From positions 255,564,001 through 255,628,000 of the forward strand of contig OZ024741.1 of the NCBI GenBank assembly GCA_964016885.1: DNA of 64,000 nt. Direction: 5' to 3'. Made by a program: the position numbers and the translations under genes. The notes under the pieces are model-generated. The model had not been told where the DNA came from. It saw only the letters and a program-made list of their open reading frames with translations, and searched no databases. The number at the start of each line of letters is the position of its first letter. The stretch's first letter is position 1. Positions 40,384 to 54,563 of the stretch are shown piece after piece. The DNA comes from Eledone cirrhosa (Eukaryota).

Positions 40384-43300
40384 GTTTCGCTTTACGAGTG
40401 TTTCGACTTACGAGTGTTTCGACATACGAGTGCTTCGACTTACGAATGTTTTTGCTTACGGGTGTTTCGACTTACGAATGTTTTTGCTTACGAGTGTTTC
40501 GGTTTACGAGTGTTCCGACTTACGAGTGTTCCGACTTACGAGTGTTTCGGCTTACGAGTGTTTCCGGCTTACGAGTGTTTCAACTTACGAGTGTTCTGAC
40601 TTACGAGTGTTCTGACTTACGGATGTTTCGACACACGAGTGTTTCGAATTACGAGTGTTTCGACTTACGAGTGTTTTGACTTACGGGTGTTTTGACATAC
40701 GAGTGTTTCGATACGAGTGTTTCGACTTACGAGTGTTCTGACTTACGAGTGTTCTGATTTACGGATGTTTCGACATACGAGTGTTTCGACTTACGAGTGT
40801 TTCGACTTATGAGTGTTTCGACTTACGAGTGTTTCGGCTTACGAGTGTTTCGACTTACGAGTGTTTTGACTTACGGTGTTTCGGCTTACGAGTGTTTCGA
40901 CTTACGAGTGTTTTGACTTACGGGTGTTTTGACATACGAGTGTTTCGATACGAGTGTTCTGACTTACGAGTGTTCTGACTTACGAGTGTTCTGACTTACG
41001 AGTGTTCTGACTTACGAGTGTTCTGATTTACGGATGTTTCGACATACGAGTGTTTCGACTTACGAGTGTTTCGACTTATGAGTGTTTCGACTTACGAGTG
41101 TTTCGGCTTACGAGTGTTTCGACTTACGAGTGTTTTGACTTACGGTGTTTCGGCTTACGAGTGTTTCGACTTACGAGTGTTTTGACTTACGGGTGTTTTG
41201 ACATACGAGTGTTTCGATACGAGTGTTCTGACTTACGAGTGTTCTGACTTACGAGTGTTTTGACTTACGAGTGTTCTGACTTACGGGTGTTTCGACTTAC
41301 GAGTATTTTTGGCTTACGAGTGTTTCGACTTACGAGTGTTTTGACTTACGAGTGTTCTGATTTACGGATGTTTCGACATACGAGTGTTTCGACTTACGAA
41401 TGTTTCGACTTATGAGTGTTTCGACTTACGAGTGTTTCGGCTTACGAGTGTTTCGACTTACGAGTGTTTTGACTTACGGTGTTTCGGCTTACGAGTGTTT
41501 CGACTTACGAGTGTTTTGACTTACGGGTGTTTTGACATACGAGTGTTTCGATACGAGTGTTCTGACTTACGAGTGTTCTGACTTACGAGTGTTTTGACTT
41601 ACGAGTGTTCTGACTTACGAGTGTTCCGACTTACGAGTGTTCCGACTTACGAGTGTTTCGGCTTACGAGTGTTTCCGGCTAACGAGTGTTTCGACTCCCG
41701 AGTGTTTTGACTTACGGTGTTTCGGCTTACGAGTGATTCGACTTACGAGTGTTTTGACTTACGGGTGATTTGACTTACGGGTGTTGTGAATTTCGAGTGT
41801 TCCGATTTACGAGTGTTTTGACTTACGGTGTTTCGGCTTACGAGTGATTCGACTTACGAATGTTTTGACTTACGGGTGTTTCGGCTTGCGAGTGTTTCGA
41901 CTTACGAGTGTTTCGGCTTATGGGTGTTTCGACTTACTAATGTTTTTACTTACGAGTGTTTCGGCGTACGAGTGTTTTGACTTACGAGTGTTTCGACTTA
42001 CGAGTGTTTCGACTTACGAGTGTTTCGACTTACGAGTGTTTCGGCTTACGTGAGTTTCGACTTAAGAGTGTTCTGATTTACGAGTGTTCTGACTTGCGGG
42101 TGTTCTGATTTACGAGTGTTCCGACTTACGAGTGTTTCGGCTTATTAGTGTTTCGACTTATGGGTGTTTCGACTTACGAGTGTTTTTACTTACGGTGTTT
42201 CGGCTTACGAGTGTTTCGACATACGAGTGTTTTGACTTACGGGTGTTTCGACTTACGAGTGTTTTGACTTACGAATGTTTTGACTTACGGGTGTTTCGGC
42301 TTACGAGTGTTTCGACTTACGAGTGTTTAGGCTTACGAGTGTTTCGACTTACTAATGTTCTTACGAGTGTTTCGGCGTACGAGAGTTTTAACTTACGAGT
42401 GTTTCGACTGACGAGTGTTTCGACTTACGAGTGTTTTGACTTACGAATGTTTTGACTTACGGGTGTTTCGGCTGACGATTGTTTCGACTTACGAGTCTTT
42501 CGGCTTACGAGTGTTTCGACTTACTAATGTTTTTACTTACGAGTGTTTCGGCGTACGAGTGTTTCGACTTACGAGTGTTTCGACTTACGAGTGTTCTGAT
42601 TTACGGATGTTTCGACATACGAGTGTTTCGACTTACGAGTGTTTCGACTTATGACTGTTTCGACTTACGAGTGTTTCGGCTTATGAGTGTTTCGACTTAC
42701 GAGTGTTTCGACTTACGAGTGTTTTGACTTACGAGTGTTTTGACTTACGGTGTTTCTGCTTACGAGTGTTTCGACTTTCGAGTGTTATGACTTACGGGTG
42801 TTTTGACATACGAGTGTTTCGACTTACGAGTCTTACGGCTTACGAGTGTTTCGACTTACTAATGTTTTTACTTTCGAGTGTTTCGGCGTACGAGTGTTTC
42901 GACTTCCGAGTGTTTCGACTTACAGGTGTTTTGACTTACGGGTGTTTCGGCTTACGAGTGTTTTGACTTACGAGTGTTTTGACTTAAGGGTGTTTCGACT
43001 TACGAGTATTTTTGGCTTACGAGTGTTTCGACTTACGAGTGTTTTGACTTACGAGTGTTCTGATTTACGGATGTTTCGACACACGAGTGTTTCGAATTAC
43101 GAGTGTTTCGACTTACGAGTGTTTTGACTTACGGGTGTTTTGACATACGAGTGTTTCGATACGAGTGTTTCGACTTATGAGTGTTTCGACTTACGAGTGT
43201 TCTGACTTACGAGTGTTCTGACTTACGAGTGTTCTGATTTACGGATGTTTCGACACACGAGTGTTTCGATACGAGTGTTTCGACTTACGAGTGTTTCGAC

Positions 43301-46300
43301 TTATGAGTGTTTCGACTTACGAGTGTTCTGACTTACGAGTGTTCTGACTTACGAGTGTTCCGACTTACGAGTGTTTCGGTTTACGAGTGTTTCGACATAC
43401 GAGTGTTTTGACTTACGGGTGTTTCGACTTACGGGTGTTTCGACTTACGAGTGTTTTGGCTTACGAGTGTTTCGACTTACTAATGTTTTTACTTACGAGT
43501 GTTTCGGTGTACGAATGTTTTGACTTAAGGATGTTTCGACTTACGAGTGTTTCGACTTACGAGTGTTTCGGCTTACGTGAGTTTCGACTTAAGATTGTTC
43601 TGATTTACAAGTGTTCTGACTTACGAGTGTTTCGGCTTATGAGTGTTTCGACTTACGAGTGTTTCGGCTTACGAGTGTTTCGACTTATGGGTGTTTCGAC
43701 TTACGAGTGTTTTTACTTACGGTGTTTCGGCTTACGAGTGTTTCGACATACGAGTGTTTTGACTTACGGGTGTTTCGGCTTACGAGTGTTTCGACTTACG
43801 AGTGTTTTGACTTACGGGTGTTTCGACTTACGGTGTTTCGGCTTACGAGTGTTTCGACTTACGAGTGTTTTGACTTACGGGTGTTTTGACATACGAGTGT
43901 TTCGATACGAGTGTTCTGACTTACGAGTGTTCTGACTTACGAGTGTTTTGACTTACGAGTGTTCTGACTTACGAGTGTTCCGACTTACGAGTGTTCCGAC
44001 TTACGAGTGTTTCGGCTTACGAGTGTTTACGGCTTACGAGTGTTTCGACTTCCGAGTGTTTTGACTTACGGTGTTTCGGCTTACGAGTGATTCGACTTAC
44101 GAGTGTTTTGACTTACGGGTGATTTGACTTACGGGTGTTGTGAATTACGAGTGTTGCGATTTACTAGTGTTTTGACTTACGTTGTTTCGGCTTACGAGTG
44201 ATTCGACTTACGAATGTTTTGACTTACGGCTGTTTCGGCTTGCGAGTGTTTCGACTTACGAGTGTTTCGGCTTATGGGTGTTTCGACTTACTAATGTTTT
44301 TACTTACGAGTGTTTCGGCGTACGAGTGTTTTGACTTACGAGTGTTTCGACTTACGAGTGTTTCGACTTACGAGTGTTTCGGCTTACGTGAGTTTCGACT
44401 TAAGAGTGTTCTGATTTACGAGTGTTCTGACGTACGAGTGTTTCGGCTTATTAGTGTTTCGACTTACGAGTGTTTCGGCTTACGAGTGTTTCGACTTATG
44501 GGTGTTTCGACTTACGAGTGTTTTTACTTACGGTGTTTCGGCTTACGAGTGTTTCGACATACGAGTGTTTTGACTTACGGGTGTTTCGACTTACGAGTGT
44601 TTTGACTTACGAATGTTTTGACTTACGGGTGTTTCGGCTTACGAGTGTTTCGACTTACGAGTGTTTCGGCTTACGAGTGTTTCGACTTACTAATGTTCTT
44701 ACTTACGAATGTTTCGGCGTACGAGAGTTTTGACTTACGAGTGTTTCGACTTACGAGTGTTTCGACTTACGAGTGTTTTAACTTACGAATGTTTTGACTT
44801 ACGGGGGTTTCGGCTTACGAGTGTTTCGACTTACGAGTCTTTCGGCTTACGAGTGTTTCGACTTACTAATGTTTTTACTTACGAGTGTTTCGGCGTAGTG
44901 TTTCGACTTACGAGTGTTTCGACTTACGGGTGTTTTGACTTACGGGTGTTTCGGCTTACGAGTGTTTTGACTTACGAGTGTTTTGACTTAAGGGTGTTTC
45001 GACTTACGAGTATTTTTGGCTTACGAGTGTTTCGACTTACGAGTGTTTTGACTTACGAGTGTTCTGATTTACGGATGTTTCGACATACGAGTGTTTCGAC
45101 TTACGAGTGTTTCGACTTATGACTGTTTCGACTTACGAGTGTTTCGGCTTATGAGTGTTTCGACTTACGAGTGCTTCGGCTTACGAGTGTTTCGACTTAC
45201 GAGTATTTCGGCTTTCGAGTGTTTCGACGTAAGAATGTTTTGGCTTACGAGTGTTTCGGCTTATGAGTGTTTCGGCTTACGAGTGTTTCGACTTACGAGT
45301 GTTTCGGCTTACGAGTGTTTCAGTGTTTCGGCTTACGTGTGTTTCGACTTACGAGTGTTTCGACTTACGACTGTTTCGGCTTACGAGTGTTTCGGCTTAC
45401 GAGTGTTTCGACTTACGAGTGTTTTGACTTACGAATGTTTTGACTTACGGGTGTTTCGGCTTACGAGTGTTTCGTCTTACGAGTCTTTCGGCTTACGAGT
45501 GTTTCGACTTACTAATGTTTTTACTTACGAGTGTTTCGGCGTACGAGTGTTTCGACTTACGAGTGTTTCGACTTACGGGTGTTTTGACTTACGGGTGTTT
45601 CGGCTTACGAGTGTTTTGACTTACGAGTGTTTTGACTTAAGGGTGTTTCGACTTACGAGTATTTTTGGCTTACGAGTGTTTCGACTTACGAGTGTTTTGA
45701 CTTACGAGTGTTCTGATTTACGGATGTTTCGACATACGAGTGTTTCGACTTACGAGTGTTTCGACTTACTAATGTTCTTACTTACGAGTGTTTCGGCGTA
45801 CGAGAGTTTTGACTTACGTGTGTTTCGACTTACGAGTGTTTCGACTTACGAGTGTTTTGACTTACGAATGTTTTGACTTACGGGTGTTTCGGCTAACGAG
45901 TGTTTCGACTTACGAGTCTTTCGGCTTACGAGTGTTTCGACTTACTAATGTTTTTACTTAGGAGTGTTTCGGCGTACGAGTGTTTCGACTTACGAGTGTT
46001 TCGACTTACGGGTGTTTAGACTTACGGGTGTTTCGGCTTACGAGTGTTTTGACTTACGAGTGTTTTGACTTAAGGTTGTTTCGACTGACGAGTATTTTTG
46101 GCTTACGAGTGTTTCGACTTACGAGTGTTTTGACTTACGAGTGTTCTGATTTACGGATGTTTCGACATACGAGTGTTTCGACTTACGAGTGTTTCGACTT
46201 ATCAGTGTTTCGACTTACGAGTGTTTCGGCTTATGAGTGTTTCGACTTACGAGTGCTTCGGCTTACGAGTGTTTCGACTTACGAGTATTTCGGCTTACGA

Positions 46301-48330
46301 GTGTTTCGACGTACGAATGTTTTGGCTTACGAGTGTTTCGGCTTATGAGTGTTTCGGCTTACGAGTGTTTCGACTTACGAGTGTTTCGGCTTACGAGTGT
46401 TTCAGTGTTTCGGCTTACGTGTGTTTCGACTTACGATTGTTTCGACTTACGACTGTTTCGGCTTACGAGTGTTTCGGCTTGCGAGTGTTTCGGCTTACGA
46501 GTGTTTTGACTTACGAGTGTTTTGACTTACGATTGTTTGGCTTACGAGTGTTCTGACTTACGGGTGTTCTGACTTTCGAATGTTCCGACTTACGAGTGTT
46601 TCGGCTTATGAGGGTTTCGACTTACGAGTGCTTCGGCTTACGAGTGTTTCGACTTACGAGTGTTTCGGCTTACGAGTGTTTCGACTTACGAGTGTTTCGA
46701 CTTACGAGTGTTTTGACTTACGGTGTTTCGGCTTACGAGTGTTTCGACAAACGAGTGTTTTGACGTACGGGTGTTTCGACTTACGGGTCTTTCGACTTAA
46801 GAGTGTTTCGACTTACGAGCGCTTCGACTTACGAGTGTTTCGACTTACGAGTGTTTCGGCGTATGAGTGTTTTGACTTACGAGTGTTTCGACTTACGAGT
46901 GTTTCGAATTACGAGTGTTTCGACTTACGAGTGTTTTGACTTACGAGTGTTTTGACTTCGGTGTTTCTGCTTACGAGTGTTTCGACTTACGAGTGTTATG
47001 ACTTACGGGTGTTTTCACATACGAGTGTTTCGACTTACGAGTGTTTTGACTTACGGGTGTTTTGACATACTAGTGTTTCGATACGAGTGTTCTGACTTAC
47101 GAGTGTTCTGACTTACGAGTGTTCTGACTTACGAGTGTTTCGACATACGAGTGTTTTGACTTACGGGTGTTTCGACTTACGAGTGTTTTCACTTACGAAT
47201 GTTTTGACTTACGGGTGTTTCGGCTTACGAGTGTTTCGACTTACGAGTGTTTCGGCTTACGTGTGTTTCGACTTACTAATATTTTTACTTACGAGTGTTT
47301 CGGCGTACGAGAGTTTTGACTTACGCGTGTTTCGACTTACGAGTGTTTCGACTTACGAGTATTTTGACTTACGAATGTTTTGACTTACGGGTGTTTCGGC
47401 TTACGAGTGTTTCGACTTACGAGTCTTTCGGCTTACGAGTGTTTCGACTTACTAATGTGTTTACTTACGAGTGTTTCGGCGTACGAGTGTTTCGACTTCC
47501 GAGTGTTTCGACTTACGGGTGTTTTGACTGACGGGTGTATCGGCTTACGAGTGTTTTGACTTACGAGTGTTTTGACTTAAGGGTGTTTCGACTTACAAGT
47601 ATTTTTGGCTTACGAGTGTTTCGACTTACGAGTGTTTTGACTTACGAGTGTTCTGATTTACGGATGTTTCGACATACGAGTGTTTCGACTTACGAGTGTT
47701 TCGACTTATGAGTGTTTCGACTTACGAGTGTTTCGACTTACGAGTGTTTCGGCTTGTGATTGTTTCGACTTACGAGTGTTTTGACTTACGGTGTTTCAGC
47801 TTACGAGTGTTTCGACTTACGAGTGTTTTGACTTACGGGTGTTTTGACATACGAGTGTTTCGATACGAGTGTTCTGACTTACGAGTGTTCTGACTTACGA
47901 GTGTTTTGACTTACGAGTGTTCTGACTTACGAGTGTTCCGACTTACGAGTGTTCCGACTTACGAGTGTTTCGGCTTACGAGTGTTTTGACTTAAGGGTGT
48001 TTCGACTTACGAGTGTTTCGATACGAGTGTTTCGACTTACGAGTGTTTCGGCTTACGAGTGTTTCGACTTACGAGTGTTTCGACTTACGAGTGTTCCGAC
48101 TTACGGGTGTTTCGACTTACGAGTGTTTTGGCTTACGGTGTTTCGACTTACGAGTGTTTCGAGTTAAGAGTGTTTTGACTTACGAGTGTTCTGATTTACG
48201 AGTGTTCTGACTTACGAGTGTTCTGACTTACGAGTGTTCTGACTTACGAGTGTTCTGACTTACGAGTGTTCCGACTTTACGAGTGTTTCGGCTCACGAAT
48301 GTTTCGGCTTACGAGTGTTTCGACTTACGA

Positions 48331-48399
48331 AAATAACAAATAGACGCGGTTTCAAATCTCTATGCTTTTCAAATTCATTACATTAATCTTTATTTATAC
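48331..48399. repeat. 69-bp AT-rich element, copy 18
   Basis: Copy 17 position + 8,016. Confidence 0.97.
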
Positions 48400-51300
48400 G
48401 TTTCGCTTTACGAGTGTTTCGACTTACGAGTGTTTCGACATACGAGTGTTTCGACTTACGAATGTTTTTGCTTACGGGTGTTTCGACTTACGAATGTTTT
48501 TGCTTACGAGTGTTTCGGTTTACGAGTGTTCCGACTTACGAGTGTTCCGACTTACGAGTGTTTCGGCTTACGAGTGTTTCCGGCTTACGAGTGTTTCAAC
48601 TTACGAGTGTTCTGACTTACGAGTGTTCTGACTTACGGATGTTTCGACACACGAGTGTTTCGAATTACGAGTGTTTCGACTTACGAGTGTTTTGACTTAC
48701 GGGTGTTTTGACATACGAGTGTTTCGATACGAGTGTTTCGACTTACGAGTGTTCTGACTTACGAGTGTTCTGATTTACGGATGTTTCGACATACGAGTGT
48801 TTCGACTTACGAGTGTTTCGACTTATGAGTGTTTCGACTTACGAGTGTTTCGGCTTACGAGTGTTTCGACTTACGAGTGTTTTGACTTACGGTGTTTCGG
48901 CTTACGAGTGTTTCGACTTACGAGTGTTTTGACTTACGGGTGTTTTGACATACGAGTGTTTCGATACGAGTGTTCTGACTTACGAGTGTTCTGACTTACG
49001 AGTGTTCTGACTTACGAGTGTTCTGACTTACGAGTGTTCTGATTTACGGATGTTTCGACATACGAGTGTTTCGACTTACGAGTGTTTCGACTTATGAGTG
49101 TTTCGACTTACGAGTGTTTCGGCTTACGAGTGTTTCGACTTACGAGTGTTTTGACTTACGGTGTTTCGGCTTACGAGTGTTTCGACTTACGAGTGTTTTG
49201 ACTTACGGGTGTTTTGACATACGAGTGTTTCGATACGAGTGTTCTGACTTACGAGTGTTCTGACTTACGAGTGTTTTGACTTACGAGTGTTCTGACTTAC
49301 GGGTGTTTCGACTTACGAGTATTTTTGGCTTACGAGTGTTTCGACTTACGAGTGTTTTGACTTACGAGTGTTCTGATTTACGGATGTTTCGACATACGAG
49401 TGTTTCGACTTACGAATGTTTCGACTTATGAGTGTTTCGACTTACGAGTGTTTCGGCTTACGAGTGTTTCGACTTACGAGTGTTTTGACTTACGGTGTTT
49501 CGGCTTACGAGTGTTTCGACTTACGAGTGTTTTGACTTACGGGTGTTTTGACATACGAGTGTTTCGATACGAGTGTTCTGACTTACGAGTGTTCTGACTT
49601 ACGAGTGTTTTGACTTACGAGTGTTCTGACTTACGAGTGTTCCGACTTACGAGTGTTCCGACTTACGAGTGTTTCGGCTTACGAGTGTTTCCGGCTTACG
49701 AGTGTTTCGACTTCCGAGTGTTTTGACTTACGGTGTTTCGGCTTACGAGTGATTCGACTTACGAGTGTTTTGACTTACGGGTGATTTGACTTACGGGTGT
49801 TGTGAATTTCGAGTGTTCCGATTTACGAGTGTTTTGACTTACGGTGTTTCGGCTTACGAGTGATTCGACTTACGAATGTTTTGACTTACGGGTGTTTCGG
49901 CTTGCGAGTGTTTCGACTTACGAGTGTTTCGGCTTATGGGTGTTTCGACTTACTAATGTTTTTACTTACGAGTGTTTCGGCGTACGAGTGTTTTGACTTA
50001 CGAGTGTTTCGACTTACGAGTGTTTCGACTTACGAGTGTTTCGACTTACGAGTGTTTCGGCTTACGTGAGTTTCGACTTAAGAGTGTTCTGATTTACGAG
50101 TGTTCTGACTTGCGGGTGTTCTGATTTACGAGTGTTCCGACTTACGAGTGTTTCGGCTTATTAGTGTTTCGACTTATGGGTGTTTCGACTTACGAGTGTT
50201 TTTACTTACGGTGTTTCGGCTTACGAGTGTTTCGACATACGAGTGTTTTGACTTACGGGTGTTTCGACTTACGAGTGTTTTGACTTACGAATGTTTTGAC
50301 TTACGGGTGTTTCGGCTTACGAGTGTTTCGACTTACGAGTGTTTAGGCTTACGAGTGTTTCGACTTACTAATGTTCTTACGAGTGTTTCGGCGTACGAGA
50401 GTTTTAACTTACGAGTGTTTCGACTGACGAGTGTTTCGACTTACGAGTGTTTTGACTTACGAATGTTTTGACTTACGGGTGTTTCGGCTGACGATTGTTT
50501 CGACTTACGAGTCTTTCGGCTTACGAGTGTTTCGACTTACTAATGTTTTTACTTACGAGTGTTTCGGCGTACGAGTGTTTCGACTTACGAGTGTTTCGAC
50601 TTACGGGTGTTTTGACTTACGGGTGTTTCGGCTTACGAGTGTTTTGACTTACGAGTGTTTTGACTTAAGGGTGTTTCGACTTACGAGTATTTTTGGCTTA
50701 CGAGTGTTTCGACTTACGAGTGTTTTGACTTACGAGTGTTCTGATTTACGGATGTTTCGACATACGAGTGTTTCGACTTACGAGTGTTTCGACTTATGAG
50801 TGTTTCGACTTACGAGTGTTTCGGCTTATGAGTGTTTCGACTTACGAGTGCTTCGGCTTACGAGTGTTTCGACTTACGAGTATTTCGGCTTACGAGTGTT
50901 TCGACGTACGAATGTTTTGGCTTACGAGTGTTTCGGCTTATGAGTGTTTCGGCTTACGAGTGTTTCGGCTTACGAGTGTTTCGGCTTACGAGTGTTTCAG
51001 TGTTTCGGCTTACGTGTGTTTCGACTTACGAGTGTTTCGACTTACGAGTGTTTTGACTTACGAGTGTTCTGATTTACGGATGTTTCGACATACGAGTGTT
51101 TCGACTTACGAGTGTTTCGACTTATGAGTGTTTCGACTTACGAGTGTTTCGACTTACGAGTGTTTCGGCTTGTGATTGTTTCGACTTACGAGTGTTTTGA
51201 CTTACGGTGTTTCAGCTTACGAGTGTTTCGACTTACGAGTGTTTTGACTTACGGGTGTTTTGACATACGAGTGTTTCGATACGAGTGTTCTGACTTACGA

Positions 51301-51746
51301 GTGTTCTGACTTACGACTGTTTTGACTTACGAGTGTTCTGACTTACGAGTGTTCCGACTTACGAGTGTTCCGACTTACGAGTGTTTCGGCTTACGAGTGT
51401 TTTGACTTAAGGGTGTTTCGACTTACGAGTGTTTCGATACGAGTGTTTCGACTTACGAGTGTTTCGGCTTACGAGTGTTTCGACTTACGAGTGTTTCGAC
51501 TTACGAGTGTTCCGACTTACGGGTGTTTCGACTTACGAGTGTTTTGGCTTACGGTGTTTCGACTTACGAGTGTTTCGAGTTAAGAGTGTTTTGACTTACG
51601 AGTATTCTGATTTACGAGTGTTCTGACTTACGAGTGTTCTGACTTACGAGTGTTCTGACTTACGAGTGTTCTGACTTACGAGTGTTCCGACTTTACGAGT
51701 GTTTCGGCTCACGAGTGTTTCGGCTTACGAGTGTTTCGACTTACGA

Positions 51747-51815
51747 AAATAACAAATAGACGCGGTTTCAAATCTCTATGCTTTTCAAATTCATTACATT
51801 AATCTTTATTTATAC
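51747..51815. repeat. 69-bp AT-rich element, copy 19
   Basis: Matches copy 1. Confidence 0.97.
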
Positions 51816-52578
51816 GTTTCGCTTTACGAGTGTTTCGACTTACGAGTGTTTCGACATACGAGTGTTTCGACTTACGAATGTTTTTGCTTACGGGTGTTTC
51901 GACTTACGAATGTTTTTGCTTACGAGTGTTTCGGTTTACGAGTGTTCCGACTTACGAGTGTTCCGACTTACGAGTGTTTCGGCTTACGAGTGTTTCCGGC
52001 TTACGAGTGTTTCAACTTACGAGTGTTCTGTCTTACGAGTGTTCTGATTTACGGATGTTTCGACACACGAGTGTTTCGAATTACGAGTGTTTCGACTTAC
52101 GAGTGTTTTGACTTACGGGTGTTTTGACATACGAGTGTTTCGATACGAGTGTTTCGACTTACGAGTGTTCTGACTTACGAGTGTTCTGTCTTACGAGTGT
52201 TCTGACTTACGAGTGTTCTTACTTACGAGTGTTCCGACTTACGAGTGTTCCGACTTACGAGTGTTTCGGCTTACGAGTGTTTCGGCTTACGAGTGTTTCG
52301 ACTTACGAATGTTTCGACTTACGAGTGTTCCGACTTACGGGTGTTTCGACTTACGAATGTTTTGGCTTACGGTGTTTCGGCTTACGAGTGTTTCGAGTTA
52401 CGAGTGTTTTGACTTACACGTGTTTTGACATACGAGTGTTTCGATACGAGTGTTCTGACTTACGAGTGTTCTGACTTACGAGTGTTCTGACTTACGAGTG
52501 TTCTGACTTACGAGTGTTCCGACTTTACGAGTGTTTCGGCTCACGAGTGTTTCGGCTTACGAGTGTTTCGACTTACGA

Positions 52579-52647
52579 AAATAACAAATAGACGCGGTTT
52601 CAAATCTCTATGCTTTTCAAATTCATTACATTAATCTTTATTTATAC
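52579..52647. repeat. 69-bp AT-rich element, copy 20
   Basis: Matches copy 1. Confidence 0.97.
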
Positions 52648-54485
52648 GTTTCGCTTTACGAGTGTTTCGACTTACGAGTGTTTCGACATACGAGTGTTTC
52701 GGCTTACGAGTGTTTCGACTTACGAGTGTTTCGACTTACGAGTGTTTCGGCTTACGAGTGTTTTGACTTACGAATGTTTTGACTTACGATTGTTTCGGCT
52801 TACGAGTGTTTCGACTTACGAGTGTTCTGACTACGAGTGTTCTGACTTACGGGTGTTCTGACTTACGAGTGTTCCGACTTACGAGTGTTTCGGCTTATGA
52901 GTGTTTCGACTTACGAGTGCTTCGACTTACGAGTGTTTCGGCTTACGGGTGTTTCGACTTACGAATGTTTTTGCTTACGAGTGTTTCGGCTTACGAGTGT
53001 TTCGGCTTATGAGTGTTTCGACTTACGAGTGTTTTGACTTACGGGTGTTTTGACATACGAGTGTTTCGATACGATTGTTCTGACTTACGAGTGTTTCCGC
53101 TTACGAGTGTTTCGGCTTACGAGTGTTTCGACTTACTAATGTTTTTACTTACGAGTGTTTCGGTGTACGAGTGTTTCGACTTAAGGATGTTTCGACTTAC
53201 GAGTGTTTCGACTTACGAGTGTTTCGACTTAGGAGTGTTTCGACTTACGAGTGTTTTGGCTTACGAATGTTTTGACTTACGGGTGTTTCGACTTACGAGT
53301 GTTTCGGCTTATGAGTGTTTCGACTTACGGGCGTTTCGACTTACGGGTGTTTCGACTTACGAGTGTTTTGGCTTACGAATGTTTTGACTTACGGGTGTTT
53401 CGACTTACGAGTGTTTCGACTTATGAGTGTTTGGACTTACGAGTGTTTCGGCTTATGAGTGTTTCGACTTACGAGTGCTTCGGCTTACGAGTGTTTCGAC
53501 TTACGAGTGTTTCGGCTTACGAGTGTTTCGACTTACGAGTGTTTTGACTTACGGTGTTTCGGCTTACGAGTGTTTCGACTGACGAATGTTTTGGCTTACG
53601 AGTGTTTCGGCTTATGAGTGTTTCGGCTTACGAGTGTTTCGACTTACGAGGGTTTCGGCTTACGAGTGTTTCAGTGTTTCGGCTTACGTGTGTTTCGACT
53701 TACGAGTGTTTCGACTTACGACTGTTTCGGCTTACGAGTGTTTCGGCTTACGAGTGTTTCGGCTTACGAGTGTTTTGAATTACGATTGTTTGGCTTACGA
53801 GTGTTCTGACTTACGGGTGTTCTGACTTACGAGGGTTCCGACTTACGAGTGTTTCGGCTTATGAGGGTTTCGACTTACGAGTGCTTCGGCTTACGAGTGT
53901 TTCGGCTTACGAGTGTTTCGACTTACGAGTGTTTTGACTTACGGTGTTTCGGCTTACGAGTGTTTCGACATACGAGTGTTTTGACGTACGGGTGTTTCGA
54001 CTTACGGGTCTTTCGACTTAAGAGTGTTTCGACTTACGAGCGCTTCGACTTACGAGTGTTTCGACTTACGAGTGTTTCGGCGTATGAGTGTTTTGACTTA
54101 CGAGTGTTTCGACTTACGAGTGTTTCGACTTACGAGTGTTTCGAATTACGAGTGTTTCGACTTACGAGTGTTTTGACTTACGAGTGTTTTGACTTACGGT
54201 GTTTCTGCTTACGAGTGTTTCGACTTACGAGTGTTATGACTTACGGGTGTTTTGACATACGAGTGTTTCGACTTACGAGTGTTTTGACTTACGGGTGTTT
54301 TGACATACGAGTGTTTCGATAGGAGTGTTCTGACTTACGAGTGTTCTGACTTACGAGTGTTCTGACTTACGAGTGTTCTGACTTACGAGTGTTCTGACTT
54401 ACGAGTGTTCTGACTTACGAGTGTTCCGACTTTACGAGTGTTTCGGCTCACGAGTGTTTCGGCTTACGAGTGTTTCGACTTACGA

Positions 54486-54554
54486 AAATAACAAATAGAC
54501 GCGGTTTCAAATCTCTATGCTTTTCAAATTCATTACATTAATCTTTATTTATAC
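54486..54554. repeat. 69-bp AT-rich element, copy 21 (last in window)
   Basis: Matches copy 1. Confidence 0.97.
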
Positions 54555-54563
54555 GTTTCGCTT

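Larger units (their letters stand above)
34681..50605 (+). repeat. 8,016-bp near-tandem duplication (34681-42589 and 42697-50605)
   Basis: Constant offset of 8,016 (34830/42846, 37075/45091, 40346/48362, 42132/50148), with scattered SNPs between the copies. Confidence 0.9.

Noticed and set aside
34681-50605. Some offsets are exact multiples of 16 (8,016; 34,720; 816; 832), suggesting conserved phase
   Set aside because: Other offsets are not (15,619; 1,764; 738; 269; 2,740; 4,378; 13,245), so chance cancellation of indels is sufficient.
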